A DNA stretch of 64,000 bases. Source: a bacterium HR21 (GTDB lineage: Bacteria; Bacteroidota; Ignavibacteria; Kapaibacteriales; HRBIN21). The position numbers were made by a program, and so were the translations under genes. The notes under the pieces were generated by a model. It was given only the letters and a program-made list of their open reading frames with translations. It searched no databases and was not told where the DNA came from. Shown in pieces: positions 27,960-37,860 of the stretch. Every line of letters starts with the position of its first letter. Position 1 is the first letter of the stretch. The stretch covers positions 265,473 through 329,472 of the forward strand of contig BEHX01000001.1 of NCBI GenBank assembly GCA_002898295.1, in the 5' to 3' direction.

Positions 27960-27967
27960 CAAACTTA
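27960..27967 (-). promoter_or_regulatory. -7 promoter element TAAGTTTG upstream of the large surface protein gene
   Basis: TAnnTTTG match in a divergent intergenic region. Confidence 0.55.
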
Positions 27968-28098
27968 CGGTGTCCGCCCAAATCCCTCCCCCCTTCCCGT
28001 GCCGGCGTGTGCGAAAATACGGATGTCTGCCGAAACACCACGTGCAGTGACGTCCCGCTTCGTCTCTGCACCCAGTGTAGCACACGCAGGGGACAAGG

Positions 28099-29466
28099 AT
28101 GGAGTTCGTCAGCATCTCTCCCCTGACGGGGAAGCTTCTCCGGCGGTATGAACCCCATGACCCGCGGGAGGTTACCCAACGTCTACAGCGGGCTGAAGCG
28201 GCATTCCCTGCATGGGTTGCCTTGGGATTCAGCGGGCGAGCAGCATTGATGCGCCGCATGGCAGCTGCTCTGCGGGAGCGTGCACAGGTATACGCTGAGC
28301 TGTTCGCTGAGGAGATGGGGAAGCTGCTCCCTCAAGGGGTTGCGGAGGTGGAGAAATGCGCCTGGGTTTGCGACTATTACGCTGACAATGCCGAGCGCTT
28401 CCTTGCAGCTGAACCCGTGGCAACAGAGTTTTCCCGAAGCTACGTTGCTTTCCAGCCGCTGGGCTGCATTCTGGCGATCATGCCCTGGAATTTCCCGTTC
28501 TGGCAGGTCTTCCGGTTTGCCGCCGCCGCACTCATGGCAGGCAATGTTGTCGTGCTCAAGCATGCCCCAAACGTCACAGCGACCGCATTGGCGCTCGAGG
28601 GACTTTTCCGGGAGGTGGGTTTTCCCGAGGGCGTTTTCCAAGTCCTCCTCGTGCCTGTAGAGCGCATTCCGGAGCTCATCCAGCACCCGACAATTGCTGC
28701 TGTGACGCTCACCGGCAGTACTCGTGCGGGACGTGCCGTCGCGGCACAGGCTGGGGCTGCGTTGAAGAAGACTGTCCTCGAGCTCGGGGGCAGCGACCCT
28801 TACCTCATCCTGGAGGATGCCGATCTGGAACCGACGGTCGAAACCTGCGTTGCTGCCCGCCTCATCAACAGCGGGCAGAGCTGTATTGCAGCCAAGCGCT
28901 TCATCGTCCTGGAGCCGCTTCGCACTGCCTTCGAGGAAGCTTTCGTCGAAGCCATGCGGCGTCAAGTGATGGGAGCCCCCAGCGATCGCAATGCCACGCT
29001 GGGACCTCTAGCCCGGCAGGATCTCCGCGATACCCTGCATGGTCAAGTCCGAGAAAGTCTCCGGCGGGGAGCACGCCTCCTCCTCGGTGGGGAAGTCCCT
29101 GCTCTGCGTGGCTGGTTCTATCCCCCAACAGTACTCACCGATGTCCGCCCGGGCATGCCTGTATTCGATGAGGAAACCTTCGGTCCGGTAGCTGCGATTG
29201 TGCCTGCACGCACTGAGCAGGAAGCTATCGAGCTGGCGAATACTTCGGCGTACGGGCTGGGCGCAGCAGTCTTTACGCGTGACCGTGAGCGTGGGGAACG
29301 CATCGCCCGCGAGCAGCTCCAGGCAGGCTCGTGCTTTGTCAATGCCTATGTCCGCTCCGACCCACGCCTTCCCTTCGGCGGCATCAAGCAGTCGGGATGG
29401 GGGCGGGAGCTCTCGGTTTTCGGCATTCGGGAATTTGTCAACATCAAGACCGTCTGCGTGGCTTAG
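28099..29466 (+). CDS. NAD(P)-dependent succinate-semialdehyde dehydrogenase family aldehyde dehydrogenase
   Basis: IMPWNFP, TGS, LELGGSD, GQSCIAAKR, EETFGP and PFGGIKQSG motifs. Confidence 0.92.
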   Translation: MEFVSISPLTGKLLRRYEPHDPREVTQRLQRAEAAFPAWVALGFSGRAALMRRMAAALRERAQVYAELFAEEMGKLLPQGVAEVEKCAWVCDYYADNAERFLAAEPVATEFSRSYVAFQPLGCILAIMPWNFPFWQVFRFAAAALMAGNVVVLKHAPNVTATALALEGLFREVGFPEGVFQVLLVPVERIPELIQHPTIAAVTLTGSTRAGRAVAAQAGAALKKTVLELGGSDPYLILEDADLEPTVETCVAARLINSGQSCIAAKRFIVLEPLRTAFEEAFVEAMRRQVMGAPSDRNATLGPLARQDLRDTLHGQVRESLRRGARLLLGGEVPALRGWFYPPTVLTDVRPGMPVFDEETFGPVAAIVPARTEQEAIELANTSAYGLGAAVFTRDRERGERIAREQLQAGSCFVNAYVRSDPRLPFGGIKQSGWGRELSVFGIREFVNIKTVCVA

Positions 29467-29891
29467 TTGTTGCGCGCCCCTTCAGCAATCCAGCGGCGCA
29501 CACCACGGCGCTGGTTCTCTGTGCTCAGCTGCGATGGATCAGGCTGGTGCGGCAGCCGCCGCTCGAGGATCTGCTGCAGCACACTCTGATCCGGCTCTCC
29601 CGGCACGATCAACCCCGGGCGCTCCCATAGCTGCGCATACTCTTCCATGGCAACCCCACCGGCACGGCTCTGCGTACTGTGGCAACCGATCTGCGCACAA
29701 CTGGTACGGAGAAATGGCTGAACGTGCCGCCGGAAGCTCACGTTACTGTCGGGAAAGACCACCGCAGGCGGTCCAGCCGGGAAGGGTGCCTGCGTACAGC
29801 CCATGCAAGCGCACCCGAGACCCAGCAGCAGGAGAACTTCAGTAGCTTTCCTCCTCCGACGGGAAGCGCCGTGAGCGAACGTCATCGGCAT
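29463..29891 (-). CDS. Small lipoprotein with CX4CH (planctomycete cytochrome c-like) motif
   Basis: Lipobox-like [34 protein letters not shown] and [11 protein letters not shown]. Start uncertain, overlaps the panB 3' end. Confidence 0.6.
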   Translation of the reverse strand: MPMTFAHGASRRRRKATEVLLLLGLGCACMGCTQAPFPAGPPAVVFPDSNVSFRRHVQPFLRTSCAQIGCHSTQSRAGGVAMEEYAQLWERPGLIVPGEPDQSVLQQILERRLPHQPDPSQLSTENQRRGVRRWIAEGARNN

Positions 29892-30681
29892 AGCGGGCAA
29901 CTGCCTGTTGGATGCGTTCGGCAAGATTCTCGTAGCGGCGGACAAAGCGCGGGCGGAATTCCATCGTCAAGCCAAGCATATCGGTGTAGACCAAGACCTG
30001 CCCATCGCAGTAAACTCCGGCCCCAATTCCAATGGTCGGGATGGAGAGCGCTGCGGTGATGCGCCGTGCGAGCTCTGCCGGGATTTTCTCCAATACGATG
30101 GCAAAGGCACCGGCTTCCTGCAGCCGCTGAGCGTCTTGGAAAATCTGCTCTGCTTCTCTGGGCTCTGTGCCCCGCGCTCGATACGAACCGAATTGGTGGA
30201 TGCTCTGTGGTGTCAAGCCCAGGTGCCCCATGACGGGGATACCGATCGAGGTCATCCGCAGGACAAGCTCGGCAATCCATTCTCCCCCACCTTCGAGCTT
30301 GACTGCCCCGGCACCGCCTTCCTTCATGATGCGCCCAGCATTGCGCAATGCCTCCTCTGCTGAGACCTGGTAGCTCATGAAAGGCATATCGGTGACGACC
30401 AGCGCACGGCGTACCCCGCGGACGACCGCTTTCGTGTGGTAGATCATCTCATCGAGCGTCACCGGGAGTGTCGTTTCGTGCCCTTGGAAGACGTTCCCCA
30501 GGGAATCCCCTACGAGGATGACATCCACACCGACTTCGTCGAAAAGCCGTGCCATCAGGGCATCGTACGCCGTCAGGCAGACGATAGGTTGCCCGGCTTG
30601 CTTCATCTGGCGCAGGCGCAGGGTCGTCACTCGCCGAGGACGCTCCGCCGCTGCCTGCTCCTGAGACTGTGCAGGGTTCAT
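29839..30681 (-). CDS. panB: 3-methyl-2-oxobutanoate hydroxymethyltransferase
   Basis: [32 protein letters not shown] and GIGAG...DGQVLV motifs. Confidence 0.96.
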   Translation of the reverse strand: MNPAQSQEQAAAERPRRVTTLRLRQMKQAGQPIVCLTAYDALMARLFDEVGVDVILVGDSLGNVFQGHETTLPVTLDEMIYHTKAVVRGVRRALVVTDMPFMSYQVSAEEALRNAGRIMKEGGAGAVKLEGGGEWIAELVLRMTSIGIPVMGHLGLTPQSIHQFGSYRARGTEPREAEQIFQDAQRLQEAGAFAIVLEKIPAELARRITAALSIPTIGIGAGVYCDGQVLVYTDMLGLTMEFRPRFVRRYENLAERIQQAVARYADDVRSRRFPSEEESY

Positions 30682-33600
30682 CGTCCTGAGGGAGAGCAGA
30701 GCACTGTTCCACGGCGCACGCGGAGACCCTCACGGAGCTGCCACAGATAGACTCCCGCAACCGGAAGAGGTATCGTCCACACCGACCGTCCTGGAGGCAC
30801 CCATAGCTGGTGCCGCAGCTGCTCGCGCCCGAGCAGGTCGAAGAGGGCAAGCTCGAACTGATGCGCTCTGCCGGCACGAATCTCCACTTCCAGCCCTCCG
30901 GCGGGGAGCCAGCGGAAGTCGACGCTCGTTCCATCGTCGAACTCCGCCACGGCACTGCCTTGCCGTCCAACACCGGTCAGCAGTGTTTGCGCTGGCGAGC
31001 CCGCCGCCGTACTCGTCACCCGAAGGTATGCCGTCCGTGTGCCCGTCTGCACGGGAGTAAAGCGGATGCGCAGTGTGAACGTCCCTCCAGGCTGGAGCTC
31101 CAGCGGGAGCGTCGGCGGACTGAGGAGCTCATACTCACCTGCTGCGGCTGTCCCGGGCAGGAGGTCGAGGGAGAGGACACGAACGGCAGTGTCCCCGGTA
31201 TTCTGCAGCGTCAGGAGCCGCGTCCGAGAAAAGCCCACGTCAACCGTGTCGAAGTCTAGCTGTGCCGGAACACTGAGCTCCTTGCGGACGTTGGTCCGTG
31301 CATAGAGGAAGTCCAGGAAGCCGACAACACCACCGACCGTCCACAAGCGAGCCCGCGGCTCAATGGCTGTCCCAGCCCCGGTAGTTATCAGCGCCCCTGT
31401 TTCCATTGTCAGCACCGGACGCCAATTCTGCCCTAGATCCGCGCTTGCCATGACCGCCCCGTTGATACCCAGCAACACGATCTCCCAGGAATTCGGTGGG
31501 GCAAAGCCGTAGACCGGCACGAAGCCGAGGCTGCTGAGGTTAGCAACATTGACCTGCCAGGTGGCTCCTCCATCGGTGGAGGAAGCCACCATGTACGGGG
31601 CATTTTGGGCTGGAGTGGGGCGATAGACTGCAATCCCTTCGCGTCCGTTGCGGAAGATGACCTGTGTCACGTAGCCCGATACCCCGGGCAATTGACTCAC
31701 CTGCCAGTTCTGTCCGCGATTGGTGCTCCGGAAAACCCGTCCCGCTGTTGTCCCAAACCAGCAGGTATCCCCCAGCCAGCATACCGAGCCCACTAGCCCT
31801 GCCTCACCGCTGAGCGGTGGTGGAACGGCTGTCACCCGCTGCCAGCTCTGTCCTCCATTGGTCGTCCGCCCAATGCCCCAAGCAGAGCCAAGGGGGTCGC
31901 CGAGGAAAATCCCTTCGGTCGCGTCGAAAAAGCGGATGTCATTGACAAACGGTGTGATGCTCGCCACGGAAACCGCCTGCCACGACGCTCCACCGTCCTG
32001 CGTACGGTAGATTGCCGCTTGCCCGTCAGCGGGACCACTTCCGACAAACGCCCGCTGCTCGTCGAAGGCAAAGACAGCGTAAACGGGCACTGTTGCGACC
32101 TGCCCAGCGATCGGATTCCCACCCGGGGAGAAGCGCAGGAAAACACCCTGCTGTCCTCCGTATGTCCCAGCTGCCCAGAGCAAGTCCGGTCGTGGTGCAT
32201 GAGCCGCGTAGAAGGTGTAAGTGGCTGGCACGCCGAAGAAGGGCGTGTACTGGTTCTGGGTCGGCAGTTGCACTGGCAAACTCACGAAGAAGTAGTTCAC
32301 GTAGCCGGAGCCGGCATCGCGCACGGTCACCAAGAAGTTCACCGTGCCGGCATACCACGGATTGGTCGGACGGAGCTCAACGGTGAGCGTATCGCCTTTG
32401 ATTTCGCCATTGCCCATCGCCCCCAGCGCCTGCGTTGCCGGGGAGACGGTGGCATAGCCATCGAGCGACTGCACCTGGACCGTGACAGCCGTAGCCGGAC
32501 CGAGGTAATTCTTGAGGCGCAGCACGACCGTATGCGGCTCGTAGCTGCTCAGCGCCCCGCTCGGTGAGCTAATGAGGATCGGATCGCTTTCCGCCAGCCC
32601 TATCCCGGGCAAGCGAACCCCCTGGTCGAAGCGGCGATTGATGGACACAGCTCGCTGGGCATTGACGCGCCCGTAGTAGAGCGGATGCTGTGCTGGGTCA
32701 GAGGTCAACACATTCTCCGCCGTACTGCGCACCTGATGGAAAACCTGCATCGGAGTCCAGTCCGGATGGAGCGCCCGGACCAGCCCCGCAATACCGGCAA
32801 CGATGGGGCTGGAAAACGATGTTCCCGTGGCTGCCCCGTAGCCGTTGTTCGGGGTCGTGCTCAGGATGTCCTCACCCGGGGCATAGACTTGAACGCTCAC
32901 GCCGTAGTTACTCCAGCTGGCTACCCGGTCTGCCTGGTTTGTGCCCCCAACACTGAGCACCCCAGGATACGAGGCAGGATAGAAGGGGACAGCGTCGATG
33001 TTCGTACCATTGTTGCCAACTCCGGCTACGATGAGCGAGCCAAGAGCGAGAGCTTGCTGGATGATTTGGTACTCCGTTGCGCTCCCGCCTGCCCCACCCC
33101 AGCTGATGTTGATGACTTTCGCCCCAAGCTGGGCAGCGTAGAGGATTGCCTCGTAACCACGCCAGACACCGGGCGTCTGCGGGTTATCAGAAGCGCACTT
33201 GATGAGGATGAGCCGACAGCGGAAGCCCGTCGAGGCAACACCCTTGGTATTGTCTGTCACCGCGCTGGCACATCCCGCCGTCTGGGTCCCGTGGGCCAGA
33301 ACGCCGGAAGCCGATGGACGAACCTTGGGATCGTTATCTTCCTGAAACTGCCCAGCGAGTGCTTGGCTGAGGGTAATGTTGCCGACAAAGTCCCAGCCCC
33401 GAACATCATCCACTTTGCCGTTGCCGTCGTCATCAACTCCATTGCCCGGAACTTCGCGGGGATTGCGCCACACATTGGCGCTCAGGTCCTCGTGTTCCCA
33501 GTCGGTTCCCGTGTCAATGATGGCGATACTGACCGAGGTATCGCCCCGCGTGACGTCCCAGGCACCCGGGGCAGCGACCTGCAGCAGATGCCACTGCTGC

Positions 33601-34094
33601 GAGAATCGGGGATCGTTCGGCGTATAGAGCGGAAACCGCCAGTAGAGGGGTTCGGCATACTCTACTTCGGGATTGCCCACAAGCGCGCGGCAGACATCGT
33701 AGGGATCAACTGGCGCTGCGTACCACACCTCGTAGAGTCGTCCCAGCCCGAAGAGATCCGCCTGCTGGAGTGAGGTGGCATACTCCGGAAACGGCTGCCG
33801 AATGAGGCGAACCTCAAGCGGGTCGAGTACCTGCGAGAGCGCCGTTGAGGTGAAGCCCCGCGCCCCTTTCGGCAGGACGAATGCGCGCCGTGTCTTGAGG
33901 AGTACAACACCCGGCACGTACTGCTGCGGGTTCCGGTTTACCCAGAAGACCATCGGAACAGTAGTCATCCCGTTGGAGAGCGTCCGCGCGCCGACCAGGA
34001 TGGGAATACCCCCCTCTTGCACCCGACGCTCCGGAGGAAGCGCTGCCGATAGCTCTGCCACAAGGAGGAAAATGCCGAGCAACAGCCGTCCCAT
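30678..34094 (-). CDS. Secreted S8 (subtilisin-like) serine protease with BNR/YCF48-like propeller, Ig-like domain and T9SS-type CTD
   Basis: Triad IIDTG / HGTQTAG / GTSFSSP, repeated (S/T)xDGGxxW Asp-boxes and LFDLLGRE...GVYLW C-terminus. Confidence 0.88.
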   Translation of the reverse strand: MGRLLLGIFLLVAELSAALPPERRVQEGGIPILVGARTLSNGMTTVPMVFWVNRNPQQYVPGVVLLKTRRAFVLPKGARGFTSTALSQVLDPLEVRLIRQPFPEYATSLQQADLFGLGRLYEVWYAAPVDPYDVCRALVGNPEVEYAEPLYWRFPLYTPNDPRFSQQWHLLQVAAPGAWDVTRGDTSVSIAIIDTGTDWEHEDLSANVWRNPREVPGNGVDDDGNGKVDDVRGWDFVGNITLSQALAGQFQEDNDPKVRPSASGVLAHGTQTAGCASAVTDNTKGVASTGFRCRLILIKCASDNPQTPGVWRGYEAILYAAQLGAKVINISWGGAGGSATEYQIIQQALALGSLIVAGVGNNGTNIDAVPFYPASYPGVLSVGGTNQADRVASWSNYGVSVQVYAPGEDILSTTPNNGYGAATGTSFSSPIVAGIAGLVRALHPDWTPMQVFHQVRSTAENVLTSDPAQHPLYYGRVNAQRAVSINRRFDQGVRLPGIGLAESDPILISSPSGALSSYEPHTVVLRLKNYLGPATAVTVQVQSLDGYATVSPATQALGAMGNGEIKGDTLTVELRPTNPWYAGTVNFLVTVRDAGSGYVNYFFVSLPVQLPTQNQYTPFFGVPATYTFYAAHAPRPDLLWAAGTYGGQQGVFLRFSPGGNPIAGQVATVPVYAVFAFDEQRAFVGSGPADGQAAIYRTQDGGASWQAVSVASITPFVNDIRFFDATEGIFLGDPLGSAWGIGRTTNGGQSWQRVTAVPPPLSGEAGLVGSVCWLGDTCWFGTTAGRVFRSTNRGQNWQVSQLPGVSGYVTQVIFRNGREGIAVYRPTPAQNAPYMVASSTDGGATWQVNVANLSSLGFVPVYGFAPPNSWEIVLLGINGAVMASADLGQNWRPVLTMETGALITTGAGTAIEPRARLWTVGGVVGFLDFLYARTNVRKELSVPAQLDFDTVDVGFSRTRLLTLQNTGDTAVRVLSLDLLPGTAAAGEYELLSPPTLPLELQPGGTFTLRIRFTPVQTGTRTAYLRVTSTAAGSPAQTLLTGVGRQGSAVAEFDDGTSVDFRWLPAGGLEVEIRAGRAHQFELALFDLLGREQLRHQLWVPPGRSVWTIPLPVAGVYLWQLREGLRVRRGTVLCSPSGR

Positions 34095-34113
34095 AGAGAA
34101 ACTCCCCGCGGTT

Positions 34114-36027
34114 TCACAGCTCCTGGTGCACGACGACACTGTATCCATCCGCACGGTTTCCCGCAAAAATAACCGAGTAGCGCCGTCCCAGAGGGAAGAG
34201 CACATTGTCAACCCGGGCCAGGAGGTTCCCGCTGCCACTGTCACGGATGCGAAAGCTCAAGCGGTACTCCAGCGGGATAAGCTCAAACGGCGAAGCCATT
34301 CCCCGCGGTAGCCCACGGAGTAAGGTGTACTCGCTCCGCTGCCCGCCCACGAGTGTATCAATGACCACATCCACCGCTGCGACATCACTGGCATTGAGAA
34401 AGCGGCGGTATGCTCCCCAAGGACCCTCCCACCGTCGCGGCGTAGCAAAACGGAACAGAACCGGCGCGTCCACTGTCCCTGAGATCACAAGCAGCGGGAC
34501 TGAATCTATCACCGGTACAAGTCCCCACCGCTCTCCCTCGACACTCAGCTGGCTCCCCCCAGGCGGCACAACTGTCACCGCAACCGTCCGATACGGCAGA
34601 CGCACCGATTGGAGCGCCGGCGGTAGCTCTACCTGCACGACAGCAGGAATCCCTTGGAAGAGCTGGACGGGATATCCCTCAGGCAACGGGGACACTGCCG
34701 TATTCTCCGCCTCATCGCTTACCCAAGCGAGCCCAATCCCGAACGGGCGCAGGGAATCCGGCACGACACAGAGCAGCCCACTTTGCTCGGGAGCAAACGG
34801 AGAGAGCGCCGTGCTGAGCACCGTATTGGGGAAATCTCGCTCCTGGAGCAGGAGCGGGACCTCTCCGAACGTGCTCAGAGGCACCGGCTCGCTGACATCT
34901 CCGAAGAGCATGCCTTCGGAGAGCACAATTCCGCTGGTGAAGCGCTCCCCCGAGCCCATCGCTCCGAGAACGATCCGTACCGGCGGGGCTCCCCACACTC
35001 CATGGAGCAACCGTACCCACGCCCTCCCGGAGGCTGGAAGCTCCGTGCGTCCGATCCATCCCCACAGCTGGCTTGCAGAATCCGCCACAACCAGTGTGAA
35101 ATCCCGAAACGGCTCCAGGCTCGCCGTCACCGCGTGCGTCCGTCCGGAAGCCGTCGTGACCCAGAAGCTATCGCGTTCGATCCCGATACATGCGGGCACC
35201 GGCACGTACGAGCTAACCCACCGGGGAACAACATCAGCCGCAATCGTCTGCCCGCTGGCACGGTGAACGAGGGTAAGGACCTCGCTACTGAGATTGAGCA
35301 GGCGAACGCGGGCAACGGCTCCCTCAACGGGTTCAGGTTCCTGCAGACGCTGAGCACCCATTTGCCGCTCGTCGAGCAGCCCCACGCGCACTGTCCCTGC
35401 TGCTCCCCAGACCAGGAGTGAGTACAGGCTTTCCCGGTCCAGTCGAAGACGCCATGACCCACGCACCTTCGGTCCATTCCCTGCCTCTTCCACCACCGTC
35501 ACCACGAAAGGACGCCCAAAGGGGACCGCAACCGGGGCAGATTCCCCCACCGGTCCAATCCAACCCGTCACCAGCGGCGCATTCGGGCAGCCGAACTGGA
35601 GCCCGTAGAAGTTCCCCGTTGCCGCGACATTGAGCAGGCGCAGCGAACCACCCGGCAGACCCAGAGGCTGGAGAAACACTCCCACCGTATCCCGCCCGCC
35701 AACTGTAGTGACCACCAGCAGATGCAGCATCTGCCGCAGGAAGCGCACAGTCTGGTGCGCTGTGAGCTGCTCCCCACGGAAGACCCGGAGCGGCAGCGAA
35801 TCCCGCACAACCACCCACACCCCCGTTCGCTCCCCCGGCAGAAGCTCAACGCTGGTATCCCCGAGGACAACCCGGCGGCTCTGCCCATCGGAGGCCACGG
35901 AGAGGACTGCCACCAGCATGCTGTCCGCGGTCCGCGGAGGCTCCAGCAGGAAAGGGTTTTCCGAGGGGCATCCTCCAAGGAAGAGGAAACTGCCGAGCAG
36001 CCCAATACGCAGGAGGAGTCGTCTCAT
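34114..36027 (-). CDS. Lipoprotein with repeated DUF4397-like domains
   Basis: Lipobox LGGC and repeated (V/L)RLLN, VRLLHG and RRFLNAS units ending YSVIFAG. Confidence 0.6.
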   Translation of the reverse strand: MRRLLLRIGLLGSFLFLGGCPSENPFLLEPPRTADSMLVAVLSVASDGQSRRVVLGDTSVELLPGERTGVWVVVRDSLPLRVFRGEQLTAHQTVRFLRQMLHLLVVTTVGGRDTVGVFLQPLGLPGGSLRLLNVAATGNFYGLQFGCPNAPLVTGWIGPVGESAPVAVPFGRPFVVTVVEEAGNGPKVRGSWRLRLDRESLYSLLVWGAAGTVRVGLLDERQMGAQRLQEPEPVEGAVARVRLLNLSSEVLTLVHRASGQTIAADVVPRWVSSYVPVPACIGIERDSFWVTTASGRTHAVTASLEPFRDFTLVVADSASQLWGWIGRTELPASGRAWVRLLHGVWGAPPVRIVLGAMGSGERFTSGIVLSEGMLFGDVSEPVPLSTFGEVPLLLQERDFPNTVLSTALSPFAPEQSGLLCVVPDSLRPFGIGLAWVSDEAENTAVSPLPEGYPVQLFQGIPAVVQVELPPALQSVRLPYRTVAVTVVPPGGSQLSVEGERWGLVPVIDSVPLLVISGTVDAPVLFRFATPRRWEGPWGAYRRFLNASDVAAVDVVIDTLVGGQRSEYTLLRGLPRGMASPFELIPLEYRLSFRIRDSGSGNLLARVDNVLFPLGRRYSVIFAGNRADGYSVVVHQEL

Positions 36028-36071
36028 CCGTCTTGTAGGCACGGCACCAGACGCAAATTACGCATCCGGCA

Positions 36072-37172
36072 ATGGAGCATCCTCTGGAGCACGCGGCACG
36101 CACTCTCCTGGAGCGCTATCGGGCACTCCATGCTCAGCTGGAAGACCCCCATGTTGCCTCCGACCCGCGGCAAGCAGTAGCGGTCGCCCGGGAATTGAAA
36201 CGCCTGCGCCCAGCTGCCGAGTGCGCCGAGCACTACCTCCGACTCTGCCAAGAGGAGCATTCCACACGGGAGCTGTTGGAAAGAGAGTCCGATCCCGACC
36301 TGCGGCAACTAGCAGCCGAGGAACTGCACCGCATCGAAGAGCTCCTGGAGCATGCAGCCGAGAAACTGCGCTTGGCTCTGTTACCGACTGACCCCGATGA
36401 CAGCCGGAACTGCGTGGTTGAAATCCGCGCCGGAACCGGCGGTGAGGAAGCCGCCCTCTTCGCCGCCGACCTCTTCCGCATTTACCAACGCTACGCTGAA
36501 CGCAAAGGCTGGAAGCTCGACATTGTGGATGTCAGCGAAAGCGACTTAGGCGGCTTCAAGGAGATCATCTTCACCCTCAGCGGTGAGGACGTCTACGGCA
36601 CGATGAAGTACGAAAGCGGTGTCCACCGCGTCCAACGGGTGCCGGTGACGGAATCCAGCGGACGTATCCACACTTCCGCTGCGACCGTTGCCGTTCTGCC
36701 GGAAGCCGAAGACGTAGACATCGAGCTCCGCGAGGAAGACCTCCGCATCGACGTCTTCCGTGCCAGCGGGCACGGAGGGCAAAACGTCAACAAAGTGGAG
36801 ACAGCCGTTCGCATCGTCCACATCCCCACCGGCATCGTTGTCCAGTGTCAAGACGAACGCTCGCAACACCGCAATCGGGAAAAAGCTCTCAGAGTCCTCC
36901 GAGCACGCCTCTACGAACTCCAGCGTCGGCAACAGGAAGAGCAGCTTGCCCACCAGCGCCGAAGCCAAATCCGCACAGGAGATCGTTCGGAGAAAATCCG
37001 CACGTACAACTTTCCGCAAAACCGTGTCACCGACCACCGCCTGCCCAACGAGGTGAAGAATTTCCCGCTCACGGAGGTGCTCGAAGGAAAGCTCGATCCC
37101 ATCATCGAGCAGCTCAAGCTCCTGGAGCGCACGACCCAGCTGCAGCAGCTGCAGCAGACACTGGAGAGCTGA
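36072..37172 (+). CDS. prfA: Peptide chain release factor 1
   Basis: [17 protein letters not shown] (PxT), GGQNVNK and [15 protein letters not shown] motifs. Confidence 0.97.
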   Translation: MEHPLEHAARTLLERYRALHAQLEDPHVASDPRQAVAVARELKRLRPAAECAEHYLRLCQEEHSTRELLERESDPDLRQLAAEELHRIEELLEHAAEKLRLALLPTDPDDSRNCVVEIRAGTGGEEAALFAADLFRIYQRYAERKGWKLDIVDVSESDLGGFKEIIFTLSGEDVYGTMKYESGVHRVQRVPVTESSGRIHTSAATVAVLPEAEDVDIELREEDLRIDVFRASGHGGQNVNKVETAVRIVHIPTGIVVQCQDERSQHRNREKALRVLRARLYELQRRQQEEQLAHQRRSQIRTGDRSEKIRTYNFPQNRVTDHRLPNEVKNFPLTEVLEGKLDPIIEQLKLLERTTQLQQLQQTLES

Positions 37173-37174
37173 CA

Positions 37175-37687
37175 ATGGAACACCCTCCACGCGTCCGCCG
37201 CGGAGTTTTCGTGGATGTCCAGAATCTCTTCTACTGCGTCCGCAGTGTCTTCGCACGCAGCCGCCTCAATTACGAAGCCCTCAAGGAGTTCTTCGCTACC
37301 CCTGAGGCGACCACCTTCTTCGTCGCTTTCAGCTACTACGACCCCGAAGCAGAACGGCAGCGGAATTTCCTGAGCGCACTGGCGCTCATGGGCTACCGCG
37401 TCATCGCCAAGCCCATCCGCCGGCTCGCCGATGGCACCATCAAGGCGAACATGGACATCGAGATGACGCTGGAAATCCTGACTACGGCTACCTATCTGGA
37501 CGAGGTCGTGCTCATCACCGGCGATGGTGACTTCGCTCCGTTAGCGTCCTATCTTGCCCGGCAAGGGAAACGGGTCATCGTCGTCGGTCCAGACCAGCTG
37601 ACCGCCACAGAGCTGATCTACGCCTGCCACGAGTTCCACAACCTCTCGCACATCCCGAATGTCATCGAGCTGGAAGAGGCATTCTGA
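37175..37687 (+). CDS. NYN/LabA (DUF88) PIN-like domain protein
   Basis: [23 protein letters not shown] and GKRVIV motifs. Confidence 0.85.
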   Translation: MEHPPRVRRGVFVDVQNLFYCVRSVFARSRLNYEALKEFFATPEATTFFVAFSYYDPEAERQRNFLSALALMGYRVIAKPIRRLADGTIKANMDIEMTLEILTTATYLDEVVLITGDGDFAPLASYLARQGKRVIVVGPDQLTATELIYACHEFHNLSHIPNVIELEEAF

Positions 37688-37721
37688 AAAACAGCGGGCA
37701 TCCCCTACTGAGGATGCCCGC
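37687..37721 (-). terminator. Intrinsic terminator downstream of tRNA-Pro, possibly bidirectional
   Basis: Perfect 10-bp stem GCGGGCATCC / GGATGCCCGC (37694-37721) followed on the - strand by TGTTTTT. Confidence 0.8.
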
Positions 37722-37728
37722 CACTGTG

Positions 37729-37802
37729 TCGGGGTGAGAGGATTCGAACCTCCGGCCCCTGCGTCCCGAACACAGTGCTCTACCAGGCTGAGCTACACCC
37801 CG
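37729..37802 (-). tRNA. tRNA-Pro (anticodon CGG), CCA not encoded
   Basis: Sequence CGGGGTGTAGCTCAGCCTGGTAGAGCACTGTGTT-CGG-GACGCAGGGGCCGGAGGTTCGAATCCTCTCACCCCGA folds as a cloverleaf. Confidence 0.95.
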
Positions 37803-37810
37803 ACGACACG

Positions 37811-37818
37811 CAAAATTA
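37811..37818 (-). promoter_or_regulatory. -7 promoter element TAATTTTG for tRNA-Pro
   Basis: TAnnTTTG 8 nt upstream of the tRNA 5' end. Confidence 0.65.
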
Positions 37819-37860
37819 GCACTCCCGTTGTGAATATCTCAGCTTGCACGCCACGCAGCT

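Noticed and set aside
32786-32798. Near-match CCGCAATACCGGC in the S8 protease gene (10/13)
   Set aside because: No flanking skew inversion. Kept as a negative control.
37729-37802. tRNA-Pro as an integration site for a genomic island
   Set aside because: No integrase, no duplicated tRNA 3' end, and the flanking genes look native.
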